Program-made: the position numbers and the translations under genes
Shown here: positions 28,955-39,242 of the stretch, in pieces
Layout: each line of letters begins with the position of its first letter
Numbering within the stretch: the first letter of the stretch is position 1
The notes under the pieces: model-generated
Database searches by the model: none
Seen by the model: only the letters and a program-made list of their open reading frames with translations
Told to the model about the DNA's origin: nothing
From: Fidelibacterota bacterium
Lineage (GTDB): Bacteria > Fidelibacterota > Marinisomatia > Marinisomatales > TCS55
Assembly (NCBI GenBank): GCA_046861385.1
Contig: JBHHTW010000012.1
Location: forward strand, 1-58,909
Direction of reading: 5' to 3'
Length of the DNA stretch: 58,909 nt

Positions 28955-30153
28955 ATGTTTATATCTTTGAAGATCAGAATGCATTAGACCTTGAGCCGAT
29001 AACACTAACGCGACCATCTTTTGAAGTTCGCTGCGGTGCCTTTACATGTATTGAGAGGATAAGTCTTCTCTTTCCGGACACCGACATACATTTCGTTGTT
29101 CGGCCGGAAATGAAGGAATTAACCAAGGAAATATTTCCAAGGAATAGTGTCAACTCAATGACGGCGGAAGAGGGTCTATGGTTATTGGGGAATGTGCTTT
29201 GGAATCATGATTCAATAAATGAAATAGTAAATAATCATGATAGAAATTATTATTATGATTCGACATTCATCGGAGGATACTTAACCAAAAACGAAGGACA
29301 GGATTGGCTGGATATGGGAGGACCAACAAAACGGAATATCCCCTCAAAAAAAGAAATGAAAAATATAGGCTGCCGACCCATTCAATTTTTGTGGGAAGCA
29401 TTGCAGAATACCGGCACACAATTGGATTCAGATTTACAATATTTTAAAGATTATTCAAAGCCAGCCACGGATTCAATCTTAATAAATGAGAGTCAGATTT
29501 TCGCTCACCCGTCCGCTGTCATATCCCCTGGATCTGTTATTGATGCTTCAAACGGGCCGATTGTAATCGATAAAAAAATCGTCATAAAACCATTAGTTTT
29601 ATTAGAAGGACCGCTCTTTCTTGGAGAAAGCAGCACCATCGAATCAATGACAAAATTAACCGGTGCAAATTCTATTGGACCTATGTGTAGGCTGGGTGGA
29701 GAGATCCATAATGTTATTTTTCAGGGATGGTCAAATAAAGTTCATGATGGACATCTCGGAAGCTCATACCTTGGTCAATGGGTCAATTTGGGAGCAGGGA
29801 CTATCAATAGTAATCTGAAGAATAATTATAATGATGTTACGGTAAAGATTAATGGATCTTTAAGAAATACATATTCCAAACATATAGGATGTTTTTTAGG
29901 TGATCATGTAAAAACTGCTATCGGAACTCGTTTAAATACGGGGACGGTCGTTGGTCCGGGAAGTAATATTGCCATGAAAGGGTTCCCCCCAAAAGCGATA
30001 CAACCATTTTCATGGTGTGTGGGCGAGAAAATTCTGAAACATAATTGGGATTCATTTGTCAAAACAGTAAGAGTCGTTAAGTCACGCCGGGAAATGGAGA
30101 CCTCTGATGCTGAAATTTCATTATTTGAATCCATCTACCAAAAAAATGAATAA
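28951..30153 (+). CDS. Putative sugar nucleotidyltransferase with left-handed beta-helix (GlmU-like)
   Basis: PITLTRP..EVRCG, SNKVHDG.LG.SYLGQWVNLGAGT.NSNLKN. Confidence 0.8.
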   Translation: MNVYIFEDQNALDLEPITLTRPSFEVRCGAFTCIERISLLFPDTDIHFVVRPEMKELTKEIFPRNSVNSMTAEEGLWLLGNVLWNHDSINEIVNNHDRNYYYDSTFIGGYLTKNEGQDWLDMGGPTKRNIPSKKEMKNIGCRPIQFLWEALQNTGTQLDSDLQYFKDYSKPATDSILINESQIFAHPSAVISPGSVIDASNGPIVIDKKIVIKPLVLLEGPLFLGESSTIESMTKLTGANSIGPMCRLGGEIHNVIFQGWSNKVHDGHLGSSYLGQWVNLGAGTINSNLKNNYNDVTVKINGSLRNTYSKHIGCFLGDHVKTAIGTRLNTGTVVGPGSNIAMKGFPPKAIQPFSWCVGEKILKHNWDSFVKTVRVVKSRREMETSDAEISLFESIYQKNE

Positions 30154-30167
30154 AGATAATAAAGCTA

Positions 30168-30196
30168 TTGACGATTCTAAATCACTCGATTAACTT
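30168..30196 (+). promoter_or_regulatory. Putative sigma70 promoter
   Basis: TTGACG-17bp-TAACTT, followed by GAGGGAG RBS before ATG 30224. Confidence 0.5.
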
Positions 30197-30223
30197 TACG
30201 CCCGATTTTCGAGGGAGAAATTT

Positions 30224-30619
30224 ATGCTAGAAGGAATAATATGCCCGGCTTGTGAGTCTACACTTGAGGAAACTGACCTCAGAGAGAAACTGGCATGCCC
30301 CTATTGCCGTACTGATCTAAAAAACAGGAAATATTTGGATTTTCTCGAGTATCTCATGACAAATGGAATTGTCCAAAATCTAGATTTTTTCGACATAGAA
30401 ATTTATAGTGAAGATATTGAGGATCTTGATCAAACTGAGGAAGAGGAAGTAGATCCGGCAGAATTTGAAAAGAAAAAAGATACATTCAGTCTATACGAAA
30501 ATGAAGTAATTATAGATAAGACTGACGATGATAATGAGAAGAAACAAGAATATACTGAATTTGAAGGGTTGGATGAGGATTGGGAAGAATTCAATCGAAG
30601 AGAATTTGAATCATTTTAA
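30224..30619 (+). CDS. Zn-ribbon hypothetical protein with highly acidic C-terminus
   Basis: CPAC-X13-CPYC, D/E-rich tail, RBS present. Confidence 0.7.
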   Translation: MLEGIICPACESTLEETDLREKLACPYCRTDLKNRKYLDFLEYLMTNGIVQNLDFFDIEIYSEDIEDLDQTEEEEVDPAEFEKKKDTFSLYENEVIIDKTDDDNEKKQEYTEFEGLDEDWEEFNRREFESF

Positions 30620-30640
30620 TTATATTACCGGGAGTCCATA

Positions 30641-30958
30641 ATGGATAAGAAAAAAGTCCAACAGATTAATATTGAGTTAGACCAAAATGTGAGTAGTGGT
30701 GAGTATGCCAATTTTGTTGTTATCACCCACTCACCGGCAGAGTTTGTAATGGACTTTACACGGCTATTACCTGGAGTCCCCAATGCAAAGATTCATTCTC
30801 GGATTATTATGGCACCTCCCCATGCAAAAGCATTTATGCTCGCGTTAAAAGATAATATTAGAAAGTTTGAGGAAAAGCACGGTGAACTCAAATCACCAGG
30901 GAATGAGTCATTTCAAGGGTTTGGGGTTAAACCTCCCGAGACGGGTTTGCCAAATTAA
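30641..30958 (+). CDS. DUF3467-family protein
   Basis: GEYANFVVITHSPAEFVMDF, SRIIMAPPHAK. Confidence 0.85.
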   Translation: MDKKKVQQINIELDQNVSSGEYANFVVITHSPAEFVMDFTRLLPGVPNAKIHSRIIMAPPHAKAFMLALKDNIRKFEEKHGELKSPGNESFQGFGVKPPETGLPN

Positions 30959-30959
30959 A

Positions 30960-31538
30960 TCATTCATAAAAAATCCATCGCCTCCCTTTTTTTATCTCTC
31001 TCATCTTTACAAGAACCCAAAGAGAGATTACACCCCACGCCATTCCAAAACCAAATAATCCTCCAAAAATCACATCCCCCGGATAGTGAACTCCAACATA
31101 AACCCGGCTGAAAGATATAATGGTTGCTATCAGGTATAGCATCTTTTTCCAATTTGGGTAGAAATAAGTTAGTACAGTTGCTGCAGAAAACATATTCGCT
31201 GCATGGTTTGAAACGAAGCTAAATTTCCCCCCTTTTCCCATAAGAAGATTAATTGAATCAACCATCGTATGGGAAGGGCGGAGGCGACCCACCCAGGGTT
31301 TTATTAATTGAGCTGCAATTATATCGGTTAAAGCAACTGAAATGATGAGAATACCTGCGGCAATTCTGCCTCGTTTTCCTCCTTTAGCGATCAATAAATA
31401 TATCAGGATTAATATAGGTATAACCCAATAATTCTGATTGGTAATGACAGGCATAAATACGTCAAATAACTTATTTGATAATGTTTCATTAAAAAAATGA
31501 AACAAAGTTTTGTCCAGCTTATCAAGCCAGGAAATCAA
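30960..31538 (-). CDS. PAP2-family phosphatase
   Basis: KPWVGRLRP, SFVSNHA, SRVYVGVHYPGD. Confidence 0.9.
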   Translation of the reverse strand: MISWLDKLDKTLFHFFNETLSNKLFDVFMPVITNQNYWVIPILILIYLLIAKGGKRGRIAAGILIISVALTDIIAAQLIKPWVGRLRPSHTMVDSINLLMGKGGKFSFVSNHAANMFSAATVLTYFYPNWKKMLYLIATIISFSRVYVGVHYPGDVIFGGLFGFGMAWGVISLWVLVKMREIKKGRRWIFYE

Positions 31539-32030
31539 TTATTTACCAAGATTTATTAAATGCTCTAAACCGTGTTTATCCAAATAGAGACCACTAAAGA
31601 AACCAGTTAATTCAGATAAGTGCACTGTATTTTCAGGATCTATAGTTTGTTTGCATTTCATGGCAGTCACGAGCATTTGCTGTAACGTGGTTGTTAATAA
31701 TACATATTTTTCTCTGGCCGGATCATCTTCATTTACGAATTTAATTCGTTGGGTTAAGAAATAATCTGAAATAATGTCTTGAATCAGCGTAGCGTGGTTA
31801 TCTTTCGTATTAATCCAGCGGACCAATTGATTATTACTTAATGCATTGGTCTCCTTGTTTGATAAAGATTGTATTTCTATCATCGCTTTACCGATAGTCG
31901 AAATGTGTTCTTTTATCTGATAGATACGTAATGCGTCATCATAAATACCGCAAGGTACTTGGCAATGACCCAGTAGAAATGAGGATAAAAGTATAAATAA
32001 GCCAATGGAATATGATTGTTTTTTTTTCAT
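31539..32030 (-). CDS. sodN: Nickel superoxide dismutase with signal peptide
   Basis: Ni-hook HCQVPCGIYD after a 21-aa signal peptide; NQLVRWI..K..HA; MKCKQ. Confidence 0.9.
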   Translation of the reverse strand: MKKKQSYSIGLFILLSSFLLGHCQVPCGIYDDALRIYQIKEHISTIGKAMIEIQSLSNKETNALSNNQLVRWINTKDNHATLIQDIISDYFLTQRIKFVNEDDPAREKYVLLTTTLQQMLVTAMKCKQTIDPENTVHLSELTGFFSGLYLDKHGLEHLINLGK

Positions 32031-32108
32031 ATTAATCTCCTATTTTTATGTGTAATAAACTAAAACGCCCCAGCTTCTTTCGGAACAAGGATGTTTATAA
32101 AATTCAAT

Positions 32109-35100
32109 TTATAAGTTTGCCTGTAATCGAAAAACAATAGATCGTCCCAGAGAGGGACCACCCATGATTTCTATATGTCTAAAATCTAATATATTATTTA
32201 AAGTAATCATGGCAGATAGATGGTCATTGAATTTATAGTTTGTATGAATATCGCCAATAAAATATGAATTAATTTTTCCGTAATATATTCCAGAAGACCA
32301 TGGAAATGTGTCAACATAGCGAATATTGAATGTTCCACTGAAATCATACTTTTTTGGATTAAACTGAATTTTGACACCGCCTTTATGTTTTGGTGCGTTG
32401 ATTGGATCGGGTGCTCCAGTAATGGGATTGTAGAATTGAGTAATGCTCAAAAAAGAATAATTTAGTCCCAGCGTCCATTCCTGGTTTAGAAACCAGGTTA
32501 AGCTCATATCAAACCCACCCATATCTACTTCACCATAATTTACATAACCAACCACGATCGGAGGATTCTGACCGCGTGTCGTATCTAATGCGGCAACACC
32601 ATCAATAAAGTCCCGCCAATGATCATAAGCCAATTTCAAATCTTCATCGTCAACAATATTGTTTGGATCATCATTTCTGACACCATCTCCATCCCAGTCT
32701 GTAGTCAATGCTTCTTTTTTAAGAATTACCGGTGTAATAAAGGTGACCGAACTGACAAACGAATTGAAATGGCTGCCGAATATATCTAATGTTCCATAAA
32801 GCTTGGGTGTCAGTCTTCCTTTATATCCCAGCTCAAGGGTCCTGACAACTTCCGGAAAAATCCCTTCTTTGTCACTAATTTCATTTTTGTAATAACCTTC
32901 AATTTTTGGATCAGCGGAAGGGTAAAAGAATACATGTGTTTCCGGATTGAATTCGTTTAAATCAAATGCATTATAAGGGTCCTTCCAATAAATTTGGTTT
33001 GTACTATCCGCTCTTGGATAGATGTAACCGCCATGTGCTCCACGGGCATATACCTTAAACGTGGCAACACGTGTGACAAATATATCCAGAAATAATGCTT
33101 GGTTTGATGGAGTATTAAAGGCTTGGGCATAAGTCAATCGAATATTTTGATTTTCTTTTGGTCGCCAAACGAGACCTATTTTAGGTGATACCTGGAGACC
33201 TTCTGTATCATCAAAATTGAATTTCCAATTCAATGGGTTGTAGTTGCGGTCGGAATTGTTAAAATCAATCATGTCTGTCAAGCGGTCGTGAGTATCAAAA
33301 CGAGTTGCTTGTATCAACTCAAGTTTACTCGTTAATTTCCAGTTGAGCTGATAATATAATCCCAGTTCATTAACCACATATCGATTATCTTCCTTGCTTT
33401 CGTCAATTCCCTCATCAATATTTTCATCTACCTTACCATCCCCATCATTATCCTTACCATCAGCAATCACTTGCCCAACGCCATTGACACCTGATTCTCC
33501 TGGATCGGGGATTCCATTATTGTTTGCATCGTCATAATCATCACTATCCCCATCGTTATCTACGCCATCCAAGATAGCATTCATAACATGATCGGTGGAA
33601 TCATGAGACCAAACATTAAGTTCTTCGCCATTATCATATAAAAGATTGTCATTGAAATCTGTATAGCTTATGGGAGAAAAGGCTTCTCCGTTGCCATTAT
33701 TATCCCGGCGATCAACTTGTTGATTATCTGATAGAATGGATCCTTTAGTATCCGGCATAGTTAAGAAATAATCAATTCCCCACACGAATCTGAAATTCCC
33801 ATTTAACAATTCCATAGAATGCTGAAATTGCGTACTCCACTTACCGGATCGATCATGGATTTTGCCTCCAGTAGCCAGGTTACGGGTTGGATGATCAGGG
33901 TTTCCAGAGAAACTGGTATTCAGGTAGGATTGTAAAAAGAAATTTTTATACCGCAGCCGTCCATGCCAGTATTTATAAACCCATCCGTCTGCTAAGTAAC
34001 GTGCAATTCCAGTTATGTTGATATTTTTTGCATAGGCGTACCCATGGGAGAAACTTAATGTAAAATCGTCATTCGGGTCGTAATCAACCCGAAAATCGTA
34101 ACGAAGGTTTTTTACTGAAAAATCAGGATAATCGGCTATTCCATCATCGTTGGCGTCAGACTCATAACGGGGAAAATTAGAGGGATACTCTAAATGAAAA
34201 TCGTCCTCACTGCCGTATTTTCCATCATTATTTGTATCAAATATAATATTACCCTCATTGTCATATTTATAATCTCCGAACCCAAAGCCTGCCCAAATTG
34301 TTGAGTCACTGTTGGGAGAGCCGGAATTATAACTTCCAAACCGGGATAACCAACGGGAACCCACTTCATCTTTTTCATCTATTTGACCATCGCCGTCGTT
34401 ATCAAATCCGTCATACCATAATTCAGTTATATCATCAATTCCCGTGTCGATTCCTTCATCAATTAAACCATTACCGTTATTATCAAATCCATCTGAATAT
34501 GCCCTGCCGATCATTCCTGCCGTTACGCCCCAAAGCACAGTTCCGTTATCCAGAATATACCTGTTGTACGGATCGTTTGCGGCGGCATCAACCATCTCCT
34601 GAGTAATTACCGGGCTTCCTTTTTCAGTCCCGGTTGTAAATAATTCATCGATATTATCATTATAATAAAGGCCTATCCAATCGGGATTTTCATCTATGAA
34701 CCCATTGTTGTTATCATCAATACCGTTGTTGTCAATTTCTCCTGTCATCAAATCATTGAGCATTTCTTCTGTGAACTGAGGATTACCAAATTCAGCTGTA
34801 TTTATGGGGATTAGGCCCAAGTCATCCACTCCATTATGAATCAGGCGGGGCCGACCGATAAATGCAGGATCATGGCCTTCATATTCGTCGTCATTAAAAT
34901 GTTCCCAATCGTGTGCTTCAAAAGCTACAGCGGAAACTTTAAAACCAATATCCTTAAAAACAGATGAATGGCGAAATGTTAATTTTTTTAAATAACCACC
35001 ATCTTGAGAAAGACTCCCACTCTGGACATTAAAGGTTGTCCCGGCAGATTCTCGCGGAGTGGATGTAATGATATTTAATACGCCACTGTGAGCGTTAGGC

Positions 35101-35768
35101 CCATACAAAGCAGATGATGGCCCCAGTACAACTTCAAATTGTTTTACATCTTCGAAAGAAACTGGTATCACATTATATGCAATTAATCGGAGTGAAGGAA
35201 TATTGGCCATTCGACCATCGGTTAATGTTAATAATCTCGAACTAAATGATGAATTAAATCCCCTGGCGCTTAAATTATAACTATCAACACCGGACTGAGT
35301 AAAATCAACCCCTTTAACCTGTTTTAAATAATCCCCTAAGTTTGTATTACTTTCACGTCGTATTTCTTTCTGGGTGATAACACTGATAGCCGCTGGCGCA
35401 TCTTCTACCCGTTCTCTCTTACGAGATGCAGTGACTACGTAGGTTTCCATCTGGATTGCTTCCCGATCCAGTTCAATATTGGATGTTACTGTTTCACCTA
35501 ATGTAACTGTCAATTTCATAGATTTTTCTTCATAACCTATATAGGTTGCCTTGAGGGTTACAGCGCCCACCGGTACGTTAACAATGGTATAATGCCCATC
35601 AATATCGGTGGCTGCACCCATAGAGGTTCCATCTACAAGTACATTTGCACCAATGAGAGGATCACCGTTCTCGGCATCTGTGATTTGGCCGGTAATCGTT
35701 CCGTTTTGTGCAATCAATTGTCCGGAAAAGAAGAGAATAAAAAATGGGGAAATTATTTTCTGGTTCAT
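32109..35768 (-). CDS. TonB-dependent receptor with N-terminal carboxypeptidase-regulatory-like domain and Asp-rich repeat insertions
   Basis: Signal peptide, G.ITD..NG.PLIGANV, VVTASR, plug LGPSSALYG, beta-barrel C-terminus; DGxDNDGDGxxDE repeats. Confidence 0.9.
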   Translation of the reverse strand: MNQKIISPFFILFFSGQLIAQNGTITGQITDAENGDPLIGANVLVDGTSMGAATDIDGHYTIVNVPVGAVTLKATYIGYEEKSMKLTVTLGETVTSNIELDREAIQMETYVVTASRKRERVEDAPAAISVITQKEIRRESNTNLGDYLKQVKGVDFTQSGVDSYNLSARGFNSSFSSRLLTLTDGRMANIPSLRLIAYNVIPVSFEDVKQFEVVLGPSSALYGPNAHSGVLNIITSTPRESAGTTFNVQSGSLSQDGGYLKKLTFRHSSVFKDIGFKVSAVAFEAHDWEHFNDDEYEGHDPAFIGRPRLIHNGVDDLGLIPINTAEFGNPQFTEEMLNDLMTGEIDNNGIDDNNNGFIDENPDWIGLYYNDNIDELFTTGTEKGSPVITQEMVDAAANDPYNRYILDNGTVLWGVTAGMIGRAYSDGFDNNGNGLIDEGIDTGIDDITELWYDGFDNDGDGQIDEKDEVGSRWLSRFGSYNSGSPNSDSTIWAGFGFGDYKYDNEGNIIFDTNNDGKYGSEDDFHLEYPSNFPRYESDANDDGIADYPDFSVKNLRYDFRVDYDPNDDFTLSFSHGYAYAKNINITGIARYLADGWVYKYWHGRLRYKNFFLQSYLNTSFSGNPDHPTRNLATGGKIHDRSGKWSTQFQHSMELLNGNFRFVWGIDYFLTMPDTKGSILSDNQQVDRRDNNGNGEAFSPISYTDFNDNLLYDNGEELNVWSHDSTDHVMNAILDGVDNDGDSDDYDDANNNGIPDPGESGVNGVGQVIADGKDNDGDGKVDENIDEGIDESKEDNRYVVNELGLYYQLNWKLTSKLELIQATRFDTHDRLTDMIDFNNSDRNYNPLNWKFNFDDTEGLQVSPKIGLVWRPKENQNIRLTYAQAFNTPSNQALFLDIFVTRVATFKVYARGAHGGYIYPRADSTNQIYWKDPYNAFDLNEFNPETHVFFYPSADPKIEGYYKNEISDKEGIFPEVVRTLELGYKGRLTPKLYGTLDIFGSHFNSFVSSVTFITPVILKKEALTTDWDGDGVRNDDPNNIVDDEDLKLAYDHWRDFIDGVAALDTTRGQNPPIVVGYVNYGEVDMGGFDMSLTWFLNQEWTLGLNYSFLSITQFYNPITGAPDPINAPKHKGGVKIQFNPKKYDFSGTFNIRYVDTFPWSSGIYYGKINSYFIGDIHTNYKFNDHLSAMITLNNILDFRHIEIMGGPSLGRSIVFRLQANL

Positions 35769-35786
35769 AACGTAACTCGAATTTTT

Positions 35787-35823
35787 AAAAACAGACAGCC
35801 CCACATTAAAGTGGAGCTGTCTG
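35787..35823 (-). terminator. Intrinsic terminator between the T9SS-type gene and the TonB receptor
   Basis: Minus strand CAGACAGCTCCAC-TTTAAT-GTGGGGCTGTCTG-TTTTT (13-bp stem with one U-G pair). Confidence 0.75.
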
Positions 35824-35854
35824 GTTGATCTTTGAAACAAGATGATGAAATTAA

Positions 35855-38092
35855 TTATTTCAACAGCATCATTTTATTCGTGGTAATATGACTACCTGAT
35901 TCAACACGGTAGATATATACGCCGCTGGGGAGCATAATCCCGTTATCGTTGCGGGCGTTGAATGTGATTGAATGGCGCCCGGCAGGAAGATCTCCCGCAT
36001 AGAGAGTCGCTACCTTTTGACCCAACATATTCCATACGGTTACTTCAGTGGGTGAAGCTTCCGGAAGGTCAATACGGATTTTTGTTGTCGGATTAAATGG
36101 GTTTGGATAATTTTCATGTACTGCAAATTCCAGCGGTATATTTCCTTCCGACTCTATTCCAAGATTGATTTTGCTGAAAATAGCATACACGTCTCTTGTT
36201 TGCAGGTTCGGTACACAGGAATTGCCAATTTGAAAAACAAGCCGTCCGTTTACGCCGTCATAATCATGGTCAGAATCATCCGGGAAAGCCCAACCCGAAG
36301 CCAAATATGTATGTTGACCCAATTCCGTCCATGTGTCTTTTGCCAGCACGAGCCATTCGGATGATATAGAATCTGTTCCGGCAGATGCGGTCCAGTCTGT
36401 ATTACCGCTTGTAACGGTTGATTTTCTTACAAGTACATGGTCTTTTGTGGCTTCTGTTACGCCGGCCACATCCCAACCTGAGCCTGGATCGTTATTTTCC
36501 ACGCCTATTACATCAATAATAGTTCCATCCTTTAATAGGGCGATTCCGTCATCTCCATTGTGATGCATGGGGCTTTCATAGGCCAATGCGGTATCTGCTT
36601 GAGCCAAAATTAATGAATCTGCAGCATCTGCAGCTAAAATATAAACATCGCCAGCAATCAATGTACCCGCAAGTGTTACATCTCTGTCTCCACCGTCTCC
36701 CCACGCGGTTCCGTTGTTGGTACCTTGTACAGAGTAAGATGAGAGATCAACATCGGCGCCAGTGCCATTATAGATTTCTACATATTTATTATTACTACTC
36801 CCTTCGGCATATTCAGAAAAGAACAAATCGGTTGCAAGAGTAGGTAGCAGTGCAGTTCCACCAATGCCTTGCATCAATCCGGCTTGCAAAGCATCTTCTG
36901 TCGCTTGTGCGGTTGCTTCTTCCAAACTTAGTCCTTCAGCCATATATGCGGCGACACCGGCAGCTATCCATGTTGCGAGTGAATCAGCGAGCGAGGTAAC
37001 AACTAAATTGGAAGTAGTAGGTGCGCCAAACGTTTCCAGGGTAGAATCAGCCGCCAATATAAACGATGCTTCTAAATCGCCTGTTGCAGCATAAGTAGCT
37101 TCGAACAAACCTTCAAATAAACCGACAGCTGAAAGGAGATTGTAAGTCATATAATATCCAGTGAATTGAAATGGTTCATCACCGCTCAGCAGAACACCAT
37201 CGTCTCCGGAAGGGTCGAAATAATATCCCCAATCTGTGTCCACCACCCCGTCTAGCTCACCATCAGCATCTAAGTCAACACCTTCTCCACCGAGAATTGG
37301 ATAGGTCCCGACATTAAAAGGCGATCCAAGAGCCGCATTCAATGCGGCGACGGTGACCGTATCTCCGGGGACCACAGTGATACCCAGATGACGATTACGT
37401 AATCCATTATCATCAATTCCGCTGTCCGTATCTTGTCCGTCTTCCGCAAGCCAGTTAACTTCTAATATATCGAATTCGGATTCGTCGGAATTAAAATAAC
37501 CTGTCAAAATTCCATTATTTTTACCTGGATTTTCCCAGTCAGCAGGTGCGGAAAACCAATCAAATACGGTGGATTGTGAAATACCGAACCCCCATGTAAA
37601 GGTCCCGTCAGTTTGATTGTATGAGTTGGATGTGGTTGTGAATTCAATATCCGCATTGTCACTGACCGGTGCAATAGATAGAAATGTTGAACAGTTCTCA
37701 GTATCCGTCGTTGGGTAAGTTGATGATGTTCCCTCAACACCGGGTATGAGCATGTTGCCGTCTTCCTGGTTTAACGCCAGTGATAAGTCAATTCCAGCTG
37801 CGGCGAGGCCAAAAGGAGTCAGCAAATAATCAGGTGTTTCCACCAGAACAATTGTATCCCCGGGAGCAAAACCAGCCAGCGGCGCTGAAAAGAGTGAAGT
37901 AGCTGCGCTAGGCCAATGGGCCTCGACTAAATAATTGGCTATTGAATCTTCCGGACTTTCAGGGGCTCGCGCGACATTAGTATAACCAACGTGTACACCT
38001 GTCATTTGATAAGACCCGGAAAATGATTGAGCTTGCAAGGTTGCAACTACTGTGAAAGCTAATAAAAAACTTTTTAGCAAATGTTTTTTCAT
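35855..38092 (-). CDS. Secreted acidic protein with lamin-tail domain and T9SS type-A/FlgD-like C-terminal domain
   Basis: Signal peptide; LFFSEYAEGSSNNKYVEIYNGTG (LTD); NYPNPFNP...SGVYIYR...KMMLLK; GGAGG RBS. Confidence 0.85.
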   Translation of the reverse strand: MKKHLLKSFLLAFTVVATLQAQSFSGSYQMTGVHVGYTNVARAPESPEDSIANYLVEAHWPSAATSLFSAPLAGFAPGDTIVLVETPDYLLTPFGLAAAGIDLSLALNQEDGNMLIPGVEGTSSTYPTTDTENCSTFLSIAPVSDNADIEFTTTSNSYNQTDGTFTWGFGISQSTVFDWFSAPADWENPGKNNGILTGYFNSDESEFDILEVNWLAEDGQDTDSGIDDNGLRNRHLGITVVPGDTVTVAALNAALGSPFNVGTYPILGGEGVDLDADGELDGVVDTDWGYYFDPSGDDGVLLSGDEPFQFTGYYMTYNLLSAVGLFEGLFEATYAATGDLEASFILAADSTLETFGAPTTSNLVVTSLADSLATWIAAGVAAYMAEGLSLEEATAQATEDALQAGLMQGIGGTALLPTLATDLFFSEYAEGSSNNKYVEIYNGTGADVDLSSYSVQGTNNGTAWGDGGDRDVTLAGTLIAGDVYILAADAADSLILAQADTALAYESPMHHNGDDGIALLKDGTIIDVIGVENNDPGSGWDVAGVTEATKDHVLVRKSTVTSGNTDWTASAGTDSISSEWLVLAKDTWTELGQHTYLASGWAFPDDSDHDYDGVNGRLVFQIGNSCVPNLQTRDVYAIFSKINLGIESEGNIPLEFAVHENYPNPFNPTTKIRIDLPEASPTEVTVWNMLGQKVATLYAGDLPAGRHSITFNARNDNGIMLPSGVYIYRVESGSHITTNKMMLLK

Positions 38093-38466
38093 ATTATTCC
38101 TCCTGCTTTTGCAGTTTGTTTAGGTTGAAAACTTCCTTCGAATGGCAAAGCATATACCCTGCCAATGGTAAAGTATACTACGAAACCGGGAGGTTTATCA
38201 ATTATTTTTTTAAAAAGAATATATCTATCTATTTTAATACTTGCGGTGCTGCATCCAGCGCCATAATGACCACAATAAAACGAGCGACCCAAATATAAAA
38301 AGTACATTTGCCAATATAACTGTGTAAATGTGTGTCATGTTTTTTTCATGAAGAAATGGACTATTGAACTTAACTTTGAATAAGATATAGGTTTATTTAA
38401 AGAAACAAAACAATATTTTTTGGCAACAAGCATATTTTTAATTTTAAATGAAGGATCAAAACTAAA

Positions 38467-39237
38467 ATGAAAATTTGTGTATTGATAAAACAAATTCCTG
38501 GCTCCGAAGCATCTTTTAATGTTACATCTGATGGTCGCTGGATACAAGAAGATGGTTTACCATTAGAAATGAATGAAAGTGATAACTATGCTTTGGAAGA
38601 GGCGTTGCAGATAAAAGAGAAAATTGGCGAGGGAGAAGTATTTGTGATTTCACTGGGGCCGGCTAGGTGTAAGAAAACGATTCGGGAAGCTCTGGCAAAG
38701 GGTGCAGACAGGGCTATCCATATTGAAGAGGATTCTCCATATTGTACTGACCCTTTAACGATTGCTTCCGTTATGAGCAAAATCATTGAGGATGAAAACC
38801 CCGAACTGATTTTATCCGGATTACAATCCGATGATCTCGGTTTTGGGCAAACTGGGGTATTATTAGGTGAAATACTTGGAATGACTACTGGAACGCTCGT
38901 CATTGCCACTGAAATCCAAGATGGGAAGATACGAGTGAAACGTGAATTGGAAGCCGGTTGGTCTCAGTGGCAAAACATGGAACTTCCGGCAAGTTTGGCA
39001 ATCCAGTCTGGATTAAATACACCGCGTTATCCATCGCTGAGGGGAATTATGACGGCAAAAAAGAAAGAAATAAAAACGGTTTTATTTAGCGAAATAAATG
39101 ATTTTCAACCACAGCAATCATTCCAGAAACTATTTGTTCAAAAAGCAGACAAACAAACAGTCATGCTGGATGGGTCGGTCGATGAAATGGTCGCAAAATT
39201 AGTTAATGTGCTTAAAAACGAAATTCGGATTAATTAG
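38467..39237 (+). CDS. etfB: Electron transfer flavoprotein beta subunit
   Basis: MKICVLIKQ, ALAKGADRA, GLQSDD, PRYPSLRGIM. Confidence 0.92.
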   Translation: MKICVLIKQIPGSEASFNVTSDGRWIQEDGLPLEMNESDNYALEEALQIKEKIGEGEVFVISLGPARCKKTIREALAKGADRAIHIEEDSPYCTDPLTIASVMSKIIEDENPELILSGLQSDDLGFGQTGVLLGEILGMTTGTLVIATEIQDGKIRVKRELEAGWSQWQNMELPASLAIQSGLNTPRYPSLRGIMTAKKKEIKTVLFSEINDFQPQQSFQKLFVQKADKQTVMLDGSVDEMVAKLVNVLKNEIRIN

Positions 39238-39242
39238 GAGGG

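Noticed and set aside
35769-35840. N-terminal extension of the TonB receptor in the ORF track
   Set aside because: Spans the terminator hairpin; the signal peptide begins at ATG 35768
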